NCBI RefSeq assembly: GCF_001949145.1 | Contig: NW_019091359.1 | Location: 62,001-126,000 of the forward strand | DNA from: Acanthaster planci | Taxonomy: Eukaryota | DNA: 64,000 nt | Direction: 5' to 3' | Part shown: piece by piece, positions 48,501-60,000 of the stretch | How positions within the stretch are numbered: the stretch's first letter is position 1 | Layout of the letters: every line of letters begins with the position of its first letter | Position numbers and translations under genes: made by a program | The notes under the pieces: generated by a model | What the model was told of the DNA's origin: nothing | The model's input: the letters and a program-made list of their open reading frames with translations, nothing else | Databases searched by the model: none

Positions 48501-51500
48501 TTAATATCCTTCATTATTTGCTTAAATACTTTATTACAATGAGTGGGCAGCTGTGCCCTCCAGAGAATGCTTCATTAAATCTCTGATTAACCACTTTGCG
48601 CCGGGAGCATTACGAATGTTGATGATGCTGGGATGGGATAATTTTCTTTTTTGGGGGTTTTTCAAAATTCTTTAAAACTCATATCTTCATATTCTGGACA
48701 CTTACACCCACACGAAGGACTGTTTGGTTGCTACTCTAATCTGACAGACAACGTCTAATTGATGCCCGAGTATCTCAGCCAAGCCTGCCACCTTGTAAAA
48801 AGAGCCCAGATTGTGCGGTGTTACATAATTTTCTTTTGTTCTTGAACCTGACACAGTGATCTGCTGACCTCTTTTCAATAGGGGCCAGATTAGCGTGCAG
48901 CCATACTGTGTGGCTTATCTGTGGTGGAGCGCTTTTATCCACGGTGGTAATCTGCTCGCACTAAATCCCCAAAGCCCTTGTATACTGTTTCAAAACAACA
49001 CTGGATTATCTCCACCTTTGAGAGTGAAAAACTGTTGGTAATGCCCAGCAGCCTGGTCTCTTGTTACGAGTACGGTCTTTTGTTACAAGGCCCAGTTCCC
49101 TTTGTCTGATGTTGGAGACCCCGGCCATGCATATAAAGAATACGGTTCTGGTACTAGCAACCCTGGCGGCAATTGGTTAACAAGTTAATGTCACCCTCAT
49201 CACTCTTACATGCCAGCTTTGAAAGACTATTCATGGCACTCATGGGACAGCTGAGATCGGGGGGGGGGTGCTTATCCCCCTCCCAATTCTGAGAAACATG
49301 GGCTTCTCTAGAATTTATGTATTTATAGCAAATGCCATTAAGTATAATTGCAGTGCATGCATAAATACTACTTTCCCTTGGGAGTAAACTGCCAAAAGTA
49401 GGAGAAAAATGATCTCTTCATGGCCTGTCATGCTTTTTTTTCAAATCCCAGAACTGACAGGTCGGAGCAGCCCTGCGTTGATGTCCCCCGCCTCCGTCTT
49501 CACCCCAATCAAGCCCACTGGCGACCACGCCCTGCACCACCCACACCACCAACGCCCGCACCACCAGCCGGAGGTAAGCGGCCAGACCCAGCAGTCCCTG
49601 CTGCACCTGCTGCAGAGTGGTCAGGCACTGCCCATGCAACAGGGTCACTCAGGTAAGGGTCTTGACTTTCTCACTCCTGGGCCAGGAAAGTTGTTTTGCC
49701 TATCACACTGAAAGAATATTCAGTCAGGTGTGGGGGGGGGGGAGTTAAGATCTGTGGGTAAGAGACCCCCAAAATATTTTGGTTGAAAGGTGGTAAATTA
49801 AACTTGAATTAATCAGCCACTTTAATTTTCGTGATTGGGTAGGGTAAGTTGAAAGGACTAGTTTTTGCTAGGCAATAGAGAAAAGAAGGGGATAGTGGGT
49901 TATAAGTGTAATTGAAGTTGAGCTCTATGATCCGTGTTTCCCTGTCATAGTTGGGCAAATACATAATGTCATTGTGTCAGTGCTGAAAGGCCCTTTATTA
50001 CTATTGAAAAATATTGTTCTAAACATGAGTCTGGGAAGAATTGGTTGATATATAAATATATTGCCCACAACAAAACTAGTTTTATAAATAAAAGTAAAAC
50101 AGGGCGTTTGTTTCAATAAAATGTTTCTTTCACGTGCAGAGTAAGGCCCTAAGGGCCTTTTTTGCCGTAATGACCCCTTAGCAACGTTTATTGATATGAG
50201 CTTACAAAATTTAGAACGTAGATTAATTTGGTATGGTGGAGGATATTAAGTCATCTGTCTCTGATAGAGTGACAGTATTGTTCAGATTAGTTTTGTGCGC
50301 CTGTTTAGAATTCCACTGTTTTTTTTCCCACATCATTTTGAATGCGTTTATCATTATATGCAACCTCAGTTTTGAATGACTTGCCTGTAAGGGAATTTTG
50401 TATAATTGAAGTGGTAGAACCTCTCAGCATTTTCGCCTTCAAGGTCTTAAATCGCCCCATACTGTAAACGGAAGACCTGGGTGCGCTAAAAAAGCTTTAA
50501 AGGTTATCAAATAGATGTAGTATTAAGACTCGTTTTGTGAGATCTTATCACTAGAAAACTGCCCCCTACTCTTTGCAGCTCCACCAGGCCCTGTGAAAAG
50601 TCTCGCTGAAATTGAGGCGGGCCTGAAGCAAGCCTCCCTCACCCCGAAGCAGGACCGCGGCCGGTCCACACCCCCTGCTGTCCCCCTAGCCAGGCAGGCT
50701 GGACCCCCTATCAGCGGCGCCGGCGGTGGTGGTGGTGGGGTAGGGGACCTGTTTGCCATGATGGGCGGCCAGAATAAGGAGGACCGGACGGCCTTCAACC
50801 GGCTGGTGTCCAGCATGAGGGCCTCGGGCAACCTGCCAGCTGCTAAGATGGTAAGTAGATGGTAAAAGTAGGGAAGGATTTTTTTAAATTGGTTGACTTA
50901 CATCGATATTGTATACCAGCCATTTGACGTCATTGCATTACAGATTATTTTTATCAAAATCCTGAAATCTACTGTTAAAAACATATTATAGTGGTTTATA
51001 TATCAAATAGAATAAAATGGTTTTGGTTGTACATGCATGAAGGATTTTAAAAACAGTTGCGTGGTTTCACATATCACGTAAAATAAAAAGAACCAAAACA
51101 TCAACGCATGCCGGTACTTAACAAAATACTTCCTCCTAATCCTGTTCTAACTGAATCAACAACTGACGAAATACATGGCATGCACTGGACTGTTCCTACG
51201 TCTTATGCTTTGTTGTACAAAGTTGTTGGTCAGTGGTTGTCCATCAGTGGTTATATCTACCTGTGGCCCTGCATCAGCCATTCACCTCCACACAGTACAC
51301 GGGCATGCAACTTTTCCTGGGATCAGCCAATTTTCTTGTTTTTCACTTCATACTCGTGCCATTGGAAAATCGAAAATACACTGTACGAACTCTTGTAAAG
51401 ATTGCAATTTCCTCTTTTGTTGTCAAAGTCCAAGTTGCAAGTATAGGAGTGGGCTTTATTGGTGCTTTCCCTTCTTTTCGGAGGCCAGGAATAACGTTTG

Positions 51501-54500
51501 AACCCCCATCCCTTCATAGGACTGAGTCTTATTGAAAAATAATGTACAAAGACTGCACTGGGACACTGCAGGGGAGTTGGTATTTTGGCATTCAGAAAGG
51601 TTCCAAGGAGAAAGAGTTGAAGTTAGCTCCTTTCTTTGCGTGATGTTTCCACACAGCCACCCCCTGTCGAGGGCCGTTCCCTGTCCCCCATCGAGGTCCA
51701 GCTCCTCCGTCAGCGTTTGACGCCCTCCCCACAGCCCCCGGCCCAGCAGCTGTACGGTCCCGGCCAGCCCTCCCCTCACCACTCCATCAGGAGCACTCGG
51801 GACCCCGCTGTTGCGGCAGCCGCTGCTAACATGGCAGCCATGATGGCTGAGAGTCAGCACCAGCAACAACAGCAGCATGGAATGATGATGGGGAACCAGG
51901 GAAGACGGCCACCAGCCCAGGGGGTTCCCCCCACCCTGCTGGTGCCAGACATTGTTAACAGGTAACCTCTGAAAATCTGGAGCCCCTAATTTAACTTCTC
52001 TAGTTTATTTTCAGCAATCAGCTTTGGCAGATGTGATCCAACCCAAGCGTATTCACAAACTGGTTTCCATGCCCCTGAATCTTGCCTGCCTGCAGAATCC
52101 CCTCACCCATTGACCAGGAAGTCATGGCTACCCTTATGGCCCAGGGCACGCCCTCCTCCCAGGACCGCCAGCCCCATCTCCTGAAGCCCACACCCACCAA
52201 CCAGCAGGAGGTGATGAATGCCCTGCTGCAGCAGGCCTCTGCCAACCCCACCCTGGCGGCCGCCCTGCGCACCCCGGCCGGGGTTGCGCCCCAGGCGGGC
52301 ATCAGCCCGGTGGGGCGGGTGCCGTCGCCGGCGATCCCGCAGGATCTGCTGCACCAGGCATTATTGCAGCAGCAGCAGCACACGCCTAGAACGCCGTCGC
52401 CAATAGGTGAGTCCGTCAGTACAAAGAGCTCAATTCTCCACAGAACTGTTCTCCGCTTCTAAAACGGTGCATCTGATAGGGCTTCCACGGTTGTATGGAC
52501 CTTCACCGTGATGCCGCCATGTTTGTCTTGTTCCCTGTAGACCATCGGCAATAGCAATACAACTTCACATATTGAAAAAAAAGTAAACAACCTTTTTTCC
52601 TTTCAGCCTGAGTTTGGCTGCAGTGCTTTAAAAGGTAGAAAAGCAAGAAGGCTGCCCTTTGATAGAGGTCTATACGACAGAGTAGTTGTTAGATTAGTTT
52701 CACTGTAGGGCTAAGTGGGACTTGGGTAAAATTGATTGAGAATGACGGAGGGTCCAAATGTTTGCCCTGAAGTAGCCCTGTAGAGACTGCGACGGGTTTC
52801 AAAGGCAAATCATTCTCCATCAGCGATACATGTCGGTAGTGAGAAATGAAGTGTTTTGAGTGTCCTAAACTCTGAAGGTCTACGTTTGTATTTATGCTTC
52901 ATTTGATTGTCGGGGATTTCCTCCTCAAACAGTCACTCATCGCATTTTCAATTCTAAACCCTCTCCCCAGCTTTTGGCCAGCAGTCCCCCCTCCCCGGCG
53001 GCCGGAGCCCTATCCCCTTCGGCCTGCCAGGGGCCACCTCCCCTCTCTTACCCAATGCCCGCTCCCCAGTCATTCCAGCTAGCCCAACAACCACCCCTAT
53101 CCGGCCCCGTGTGCCATCCCCTCAAGAGCTGGCCAAGCACACCCAGAATATCCTGCAGCAGGCGTTAATCAAGAGACAGCTGGAGTTGCAGAAGGAGAAG
53201 TTCATTGCTCGGGAATCTGCCAGGTAAAGGCTTTCATGACATTAGTATGCTAGCAGACGGCATGCCCACCTCTAACCTTTATGGGCACATTCTACGAAAT
53301 GGGTAGATTTCTACGCGTGAAATTTGACTGGTGGTGTTAGCATTCTGTCACTCTTGCTTGTCATTTGCAGATCCAAGTCTCCAGTGCCATCTATCCAAGG
53401 TCCTGGCACCTTGGCTGGTCAGATGCCGGCAAGCTCTGCCGGGCAGACACCCTCCCCCAGTGCCATGTCCCCACAAGTCCAGACAAAGGTGAGGCAGACA
53501 CTGAGCAAATTCAGTGAACGGTGACCTGTGCAATGATCATTGAAGAAAAAACATCTGAAAAAGAAATAAAATCTGACATCTCGCCATCTCGGACATGCTC
53601 AGTGTGTGTGTGGGTCTAGCATATGGCGATGCTGAGTGGTAGATCCCGCACACTCATGATGATGTTCTCCAATGACCTGTGTTGTTGAAATACTGAACAG
53701 GCTCATTGGTGTGCCTTTATCGTGGTTGTGGAGAGCCGCTGTTTCAAATCTTTCATTTTGGTTTTGAAGAAAGTCAGAAGTTGTAACAGTGCCGCTCGTA
53801 AGTGACTTTGTCATACATTCATATGCGCCACTGATCACTAGCTCCTGCGTGATGAACACTCAAGTTGCGCCATTAACAAACGGGTTCCATGGTTCTACAT
53901 GGAGTGGGCATGGTTTAAGACCGAGGTGACGTCACACTTATTCACAGAATAAACGTCTGTGCTAATGACAACACTTTGTTTACGAGTGTGCTTTCCTACG
54001 GTGCTCAGTGGCCCACACTGACCCCATAGGAAAGTGCACATTATTGCAGGTTGCATTGACTTTTGTAGTGGATATTTGTCCAATAATTCCACAGTAAGGG
54101 ACCACAGTTGGGAGTTCCCTACGTTCAACAGGGTTCGGCTTGCTTCGGAGTTATGTTACTTTAATGCATCGGATGGCTAGGTGAAATTAAAGTAAAAGTG
54201 ATATTCCTTTGTACTCTTCCCACAGTCGATGCCTAAGATCAATGCCACGGCCTTCACGCCCACGTCAGTGATTCGCAAGTGGCACGAGACACGGGCTGAG
54301 GCCAAGATGGCTAGCAGCGCCGAAGCCAAGAAGGAGAGTGACTTGAAGGATGCTGACTGGAAAGCCACAGGTGAGTCTGTGGTGCTGTTTATGAGAATGT
54401 GGAAGTTTCATCCATGTGGTACTTGTGGTGACATCTTTCCTGAGTTTAATGTGCCTCACAGAGTGCATGAGTCAGGTAGCCAGGTTACCTAAGTGCATCT

Positions 54501-57094
54501 TGAATACATCTCACAGAGTGCATCAGTCAGGCAGTCAGGTTACCTGAGTGCTTCTTTCCTCACTTTTCACCAATGTGTCTGGGGCTCCATTCTATGTCTG
54601 ATACGTAGTGGGGTTTACCATCCCTAAGTGATTCTGCAGGTTTCACAAAGAACCTTCTTGGGTGTTTCCTCCCACCTTTAACTGCTTCTCATTGTCTCCT
54701 CTCTTTGGGTTTCTTCAGACTAATAGATCTACAGTACCTAGGGTACTCTTGAAAAAACCTTGGATTCATTACCAGAAATGCTTAATAAGAACAAGAATGA
54801 TCATGTGCCCGTAGTCGTCAGCTGAACATAATTCATTGTTTAATTTGGTCCCTTTATTCATTGTTGTGCAGACAACTTGTCAGGTTCACCAAAGCACACC
54901 CCCGTTAGGGATAAACAAGCCCCTAGCATTCAGACCCCAACAGTGACCCTCACCACTGCCACACCCCCACGCTCCTCAGCGTCGTCTGAGCCCGGAGTGG
55001 GCGGGGACTCCACGGGAGTGGACGGCAGCACCTCCAAGCAAGACGGAGGTCTGTCGCCGATGCACAAGGCCAGGGAGCTGCAGGGCGGGGAACCAGGCGA
55101 GCATCACCGAACACCCCCAAGGCCGCCCATGCTACAGGAGGAGAATCAGATCACGATTCAGAAACAGCAGCAACCGCAGAGAATGCAAGAGCAACAGCCG
55201 ACCGCGTCACATTCCTCACCATCCAGACACCCTGCCAAACATGTGGAGCACCAACAGCAACACCAGGCCAACCAGCAGCAGCCAGGCTCGGACCACAGCT
55301 TTGCTGTGGACGGCAGGAGCCGTGGTCCCCCGCGCCAGCCCACCAGGCCCAGCAGCCACTCTCCGATTCCCCCCGGCGTGGGCGGTCACCGCGGGGTCTC
55401 TCCTCGCCCCCCGTTTGGCCCCGGGGGCTTACCGCCCAGGATGAATCCTAACATGATGGGGTCACCGGCCGCTGCCCAAGCTCAGGCCCAGGCCCAGGCA
55501 GCAGCGCTGGCTCAGGCAACCCTGCTCCGTGGGGCATTATTCCAACAAGCCAGTGGCATGCCTCCACCTATGAGAGGAGGAGCACCGTTCCCTCCAATGC
55601 AGCAACAGGTAACACCCACCATCCAGCATATCCAGCCTTTGATATTGAATTCTATGGGGAATCTGTTCAGTGCTCACCTGTTGCAAAGATTCATGCACAT
55701 ACTCAAAAGCAAGGGGCTCCCTTAAAAGTTTTCTGACCTTCAGTGTTGTGGCCAGTTCACAACAGGCTTGGAAAAATCATGGAATTTTTCAAACACAATG
55801 TGTGATTTCTATTACCAGATATAAGTACATAAAATGTGTGATTTTATTCGGAACTTTAAAAGTCTGGATAGTACAAGAAATTGCGTTATTGGGTCATGAA
55901 TTTTCATAATTTGGTCATGGAAAAGTCATGGAAAAGTCAATGGAATTTATTTGTCCTTTAGGTACAGGAACCCTGAATCCATCATTTACTTCCCAGAATC
56001 AGCCAATCTTTGAATTTGTACCGACCCGCCTCCAAACTTGTCAGCAGGTTCCCTCTGGAAGGCCGAGGGGGAAATCGATTGCATAAGAAAGCGGAAACAA
56101 GTTTTGATTCTGGTCAAGCCCGGCTTATTCCAGAACGTGGTCTGCCAAGTTGAATTGCCCTCGGTTTTGTACGTTGTCTCACCAGGCGCAGACCCTTCCC
56201 AACATGCCTCCCCCCATGGCCTCCATGCAGATGCTGCTGAGTCAGATGAATGCCCTCCCTGGGGCCAATCCCATGGCGGCGTTAGTAGCTGCCGGAATGC
56301 AGCAGAAACAGCAGCAGCAGCAGCAGCAGCCATCTCAACATCGACCGCCGCACGCCAATCAACAGCAGTTCAACCAGCAAGGTTTGTAGCCCGCAGTCGG
56401 AGGGAATCCGGATCCGTCAAGAATGGTTGGGAGGAAAATGGGTTTGATTCCAAAAATGAAAACGCTTGATTGCCGAGTTCAAATGTAAATCGTGAAAAAT
56501 GACTGGCCCTACATTACAGAAAATCAGTGCCGTAGATCAGTCCATCGAATAGTCACTAGTCGCATGGTGGACAATGAGAAAGGAATGCTTTTTGTCACGG
56601 TCCGTTTGAATGGCTTGCGACTTTGCTCGTGATGAGCTTGACTGCAGCTCTGATTCAAACAGAACTAAAAGAGGACGAAGGAAACAGACACAGACGTTAT
56701 CTTCTTGTCACTGATGTTGATGATCTTTACAGATATGTTCAAGCACATGCCCGAGATGTCGGTACCGCAGCATCAGTCTCATCACTTGCAACAGCAACAA
56801 CATCACCAGCAGCAACAGCACCAGCAGCAGTCACACCGTCCCCAGCACCACCCCCAGTTTGTCTCCCCACCCCAGTCCCACAACCACATCGATGACAGCG
56901 GCATCGGCATGAACGGTGGCGGTGGCGGCGGCGGCATTGGTGACGCTCGTCACTCCCCAGTCAACCAACTGGCCAAGTGGTTTGGGGCCGACGTACTGAG
57001 CAAGCCCCTGCCCCAGATGGGGCCCGTGCTGCCCCAGGGCCAGAAGGTCATGTCCGTGGAGGAGTTGGAACGCCAGCAGCAGGTGGTGGGCTGA
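42461..57094 (+). CDS. EIF4ENIF1: eIF4E transporter (4E-T); 17 coding exons 42461-42589, 43616-43689, 44683-44798, 45584-45922, 47017-47154, 47702-47868, 48250-48403, 49452-49652, 50579-50850, 51657-51961, 52096-52406, 52971-53223, 53371-53488, 54226-54370, 54872-55608, 56186-56381, 56733-57094 (~1338 aa)
   Basis: Family motifs GIWDPEKWH, LSPQRRSFGHGC, RRIGSGRII, CHD EEPEWFTEGPESQSDTIVLRGF, FDINDFF, SRFSHLF, SLAEIEAGLK, TAFNRLVSSMRASGNLP, FTPTSVIRK, LAKWFGADVL...VMSVEELE. All GT-AG; exon lengths sum to 4017 nt in frame. Start codon and possible extra exons (e.g. in the 46325 gap) are uncertain. Confidence 0.93.
43616..43689 (+). CDS. EIF4ENIF1: 4E-T coding exon 2
   Basis: DALHKLRYSPGTKKRPLCLAEEYC, aligning with vertebrate EELL...KQRPSCL; gtgagt donor. 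Confidence 0.85.
44683..44798 (+). CDS. EIF4ENIF1: 4E-T coding exon 3
   Basis: DNGIWDPEKWHAAL. Confidence 0.92.
45584..45922 (+). CDS. EIF4ENIF1: 4E-T coding exon 4
   Basis: IILSPQRRSFGHGC, RRIGSGRII. Confidence 0.95.
45930..46200 (+). mobile_element. tRNA-derived SINE (related fragments ~46600-46800 and ~18100-18240)
   Basis: B-box GGTTCGAATCC followed by GTGACCTTTGGCAAGACACTTT...CTCTCCACCCAGGAG..TAAATAGGTAC core. Confidence 0.7.
47017..47154 (+). CDS. EIF4ENIF1: 4E-T coding exon 5 (Cup-homology domain, DDX6-binding)
   Basis: EEPEWFTEGPESQSDTIVLRGF. Confidence 0.95.
47702..47868 (+). CDS. EIF4ENIF1: 4E-T coding exon 6
   Basis: KEFDINDFFKF; phases match both neighbours. Confidence 0.9.
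48250..48403 (+). CDS. EIF4ENIF1: 4E-T coding exon 7
   Basis: KSRFSHLF..SRSRS. Confidence 0.9.
48591..49176. mobile_element. TTAA-flanked MITE family A (inverted relative to 19592-20179)
   Basis: TTAA|CCACTTTGCGCCGGG ... CCCTGGCGGCAATTGG|TTAA; shares GGCCAGATTAGCGTGCAG and GGTAATC cores. Confidence 0.85.
49452..49652 (+). CDS. EIF4ENIF1: 4E-T coding exon 8
   Basis: FTPIKP...SLLHLLQ; gtaagg donor. Confidence 0.88.
50579..50850 (+). CDS. EIF4ENIF1: 4E-T coding exon 9
   Basis: VKSLAEIEAGLK, DRTAFNRLVSSMRASGNLP. Confidence 0.93.
51657..51961 (+). CDS. EIF4ENIF1: 4E-T coding exon 10
   Basis: GC-rich P/Q-rich ORF with AG/GT borders, phase-consistent. Confidence 0.88.
52096..52406 (+). CDS. EIF4ENIF1: 4E-T coding exon 11
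   Basis: RIPSP..GRVPSP..RTPSPI; phase-consistent. Confidence 0.88.
52971..53223 (+). CDS. EIF4ENIF1: 4E-T coding exon 12
   Basis: RVPSPQELAKHTQNILQQALIKRQLELQKEKF; in a frame not listed in the ORF track. Confidence 0.9.
53371..53488 (+). CDS. EIF4ENIF1: 4E-T coding exon 13
   Basis: tttgcag acceptor, gtgagg donor, phase-consistent. Confidence 0.85.
54226..54370 (+). CDS. EIF4ENIF1: 4E-T coding exon 14
   Basis: AFTPTSVIRKW. Confidence 0.93.
54872..55608 (+). CDS. EIF4ENIF1: 4E-T coding exon 15 (long low-complexity exon)
   Basis: Long open frame, P/Q/S/G-rich, AG/GT borders. Confidence 0.88.
56186..56381 (+). CDS. EIF4ENIF1: 4E-T coding exon 16
   Basis: M/Q-rich with a polyQ tract; phase-consistent. 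Confidence 0.85.
56733..57094 (+). CDS. EIF4ENIF1: 4E-T last coding exon (C-terminal LSM14-binding motif)
   Basis: LAKWFGADVLSKPLPQM...KVMSVEELERQ, then TGA. Confidence 0.95.
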
Positions 57095-60000
57095 GGACAA
57101 GAGGTCGCGGGGCCAAGGGATGAGGTCAGAGTTTGCCTCATAACAGGCCGATCTGATAAGGTAAGCATCAACAACATGATGTTTAAGTTGTATATTGTTT
57201 ATTTACTGGCGTCTTGCAACAAAGCAGTGGTCGGAAAGCATAGATAAGGCCAACGGAGGTCAGGGGTCATTCATATTAGGGTGTTTCAACATACAACGTA
57301 AAAGTGTATCAGTGAACAGATGCGGTCACTAACGTGAATGTGATCCATTGTCGGGCGCGGATTGGAATCCCCTGTGAAAAAATACCAATTGAACGATCTT
57401 TCTCTCTGAGAATTTTGCATTTAGTGTTTGACAGAAAAACTGTACACATATGTAAATTATGTAAAGTATCGTATTTGTGCAAGATTTTTCCTCTTTTTTT
57501 TTCCTGTAGGGATTTTCTTTCGTCTTTCTTCTTTTTACTGTTAATGATGGAAATGTCGATATTGTCTGCAAAAATTGTGCATTTTGGAGAAGAAAAAAAG
57601 TCAGCCAGACTAATGTCCCGGCCAGTGAGAGGTTTTTCGGTTTTCTTGGATGTCAAAGTGATACTGTGACCTTTAAGAAGGAGTTTCCATTTTTGTTGAA
57701 TGTGATTTGCTTTTTTCTTCTGTGGATAAAAAAAAAACTTGTATTGAAGCCAAAATGTAATGTCTGGCATTGGTGTAGTTGAGATTGACGTTAAGTGCGC
57801 ACTTGTGGTATTTTTACATTCTGTTTTGTGTAGATCCATAATTCATCATTTATTTCAAGTGAAGTTAAACCCTATAAAGAGAAATTGTGAGAAGAGAGAA
57901 GTAGGTTTACTATGGAGAGTTGCCAGATCTTTGAGTTAGTGTCACTGTCTTCTGACAAATGTAGCTCTGAATGAGAGAGAGAGGTCATTACTGTTATAAA
58001 GTTCAGTTTGTTTATACCGAGATGAAAAAAAAAAAGAATGTGAAGATTAATGTATATAGACAAGGAAAACAAATTGTCAGTGTTCAAACAGTTGTAAATA
58101 TTGTACGACTTTTTTTTTTTTTGAAGAAGAAACGTGAAGCCCTTACAGAAGTTGTACCTTAAAAAAGGTGACCGACTAATAGATTCCTCTCTTTGTGGAG
58201 GGGGTAAATGGAGTGGATTTAGCTGTTTGCGTACTGCTCAGTTGAAATGTGTTTGTTCCATGCAGTCTTGGATGTTATTTAGGTTTCTTTCGTTCGCACG
58301 CTGGCAAATGACTTTGTGATGGTACCTTTTGTCACCTGTTCATTGGAGTCCAACGTGGGGCGACACGAAGTGATGGTTTCTTCGTGGTCGGTTTATTTCA
58401 TGTGTTGTGCAGGGTCATCAGCCTGTGAAAAAAAAAAGAATTTGAGGCAATTAATTTATTTTTGTTGTTGTTGAAGGCATGGGTTTTTTGAATTAGATTT
58501 GGTTTCGACTGATTTTGTCGGTGGTGGGTTTGCATGACTTTATAATACTCGTAGTGGCGAGGTATTGTTTCCCCCTCGTCCTTGTGACGACTCAGAGCCT
58601 TATGACCCAAATGCATTCTGAGGTACTGCCTTGGACATGCATGTTCCCGCTTAACCGGTCATTTGACGGTCATGTTTTTTTTTCACAACCGGGGGAAAAT
58701 GGGCGGTGGTCTTGCAGTCCAACACAGAAGACCCGTAGACAGGTGTAATGCTAATGCCAAGTATATGACTGGCCTTGTGTGTGAAAAATATCCCAGAATA
58801 TATTTGTAGAAGTTATTAGGATTATCTGAATATACTGTGTCTTACAGGTCTCTCCCTTCATCAGATTGGGAGAAGGTACTCAGTTATGAAATCTCAAGAT
58901 ACAGGAAGGCATGGGGCAAATGTCAGTACAACAGGATGACATCAGTACTCTGATATTGATTGAAATAGTCTTATTTTGACTGTTCTAACCCTAGCCTCCT
59001 TTTGCTAGGGACCCTCCTCAAATCCTCCAATTTGGGAGGGGGGTGAAAAAATTAGATTCTCCCTCAATTCTTTGAAATCCCCTAAAATTTCTTGAAATGT
59101 TACTTGGAGGTGTGCCAACTGCCTCAATCCTTCAAAATCCTCCAGCAATTCCCATCATTGTGTTCAGGCAGTGAGAATGGTATTCTTGAGCAGTGTGAGT
59201 GATTCAAAAGAAATATCGGGCTGGATTTATGCATGATGAAGCAAAAACAAACAACACAAGGTCTAACCCACGACCTTCAAGCATGGAATTTGCAATCTGC
59301 CATACACTTTTGCCATTCATCCAAAATCCCCCAAAACTGCCAAAGGATTTTGGAGGATCGAGAAAGGTTAGAGTTAACGACCATCACGTACCTGCATGTG
59401 TGACGTGCCACTTTGAACTTTGTACATGAGAAATTATTGTTCATTCAAACCTGTATTATTGTACGGTGTCCCAGAATGTTTAGCAAAGAGCTTTTTTTTC
59501 ACAGTTCACCCAAATACATGTACTTATGCAGCTCTGTGTTAATGAAGAACGAAACGTTTGTGAAAACTCCACCACTGAAAATAGATCCCTGATACTTTCA
59601 AGTTTTGTATCGTACAGAATGTTCTTTTGTAATGGTTTTTCCACGATTAATAGTCTGTGTATTTGTAAATGTTCACCTTCGTATACTCCTAGTCTAATGA
59701 AATTTTGTTGTTGAAAAGTTATTGTAAAAAAGTGGACAAAATTTTTTTCTAATGGCTTAATGAAGGGTAAAAAGCCCGAATATGTTGCTTGTGTTGTCAA
59801 CAAGTTGTTTTATTTAAAAATGTGTAGTAACATAAGAAGACAAGGTGTCGTTACTTGTGGTCTTGTTACATCCAAAAGTGGTTTCATTTTTCTGAGTTTG
59901 GGTTGTGAATGTACTTGATTTGTTTAAAACGAGATGTGGAAAGTTTTCGTCCGCGACATTTTGTTCGGTCACCCTCTGTGGTCCAGAGTTAAAGGGATTG

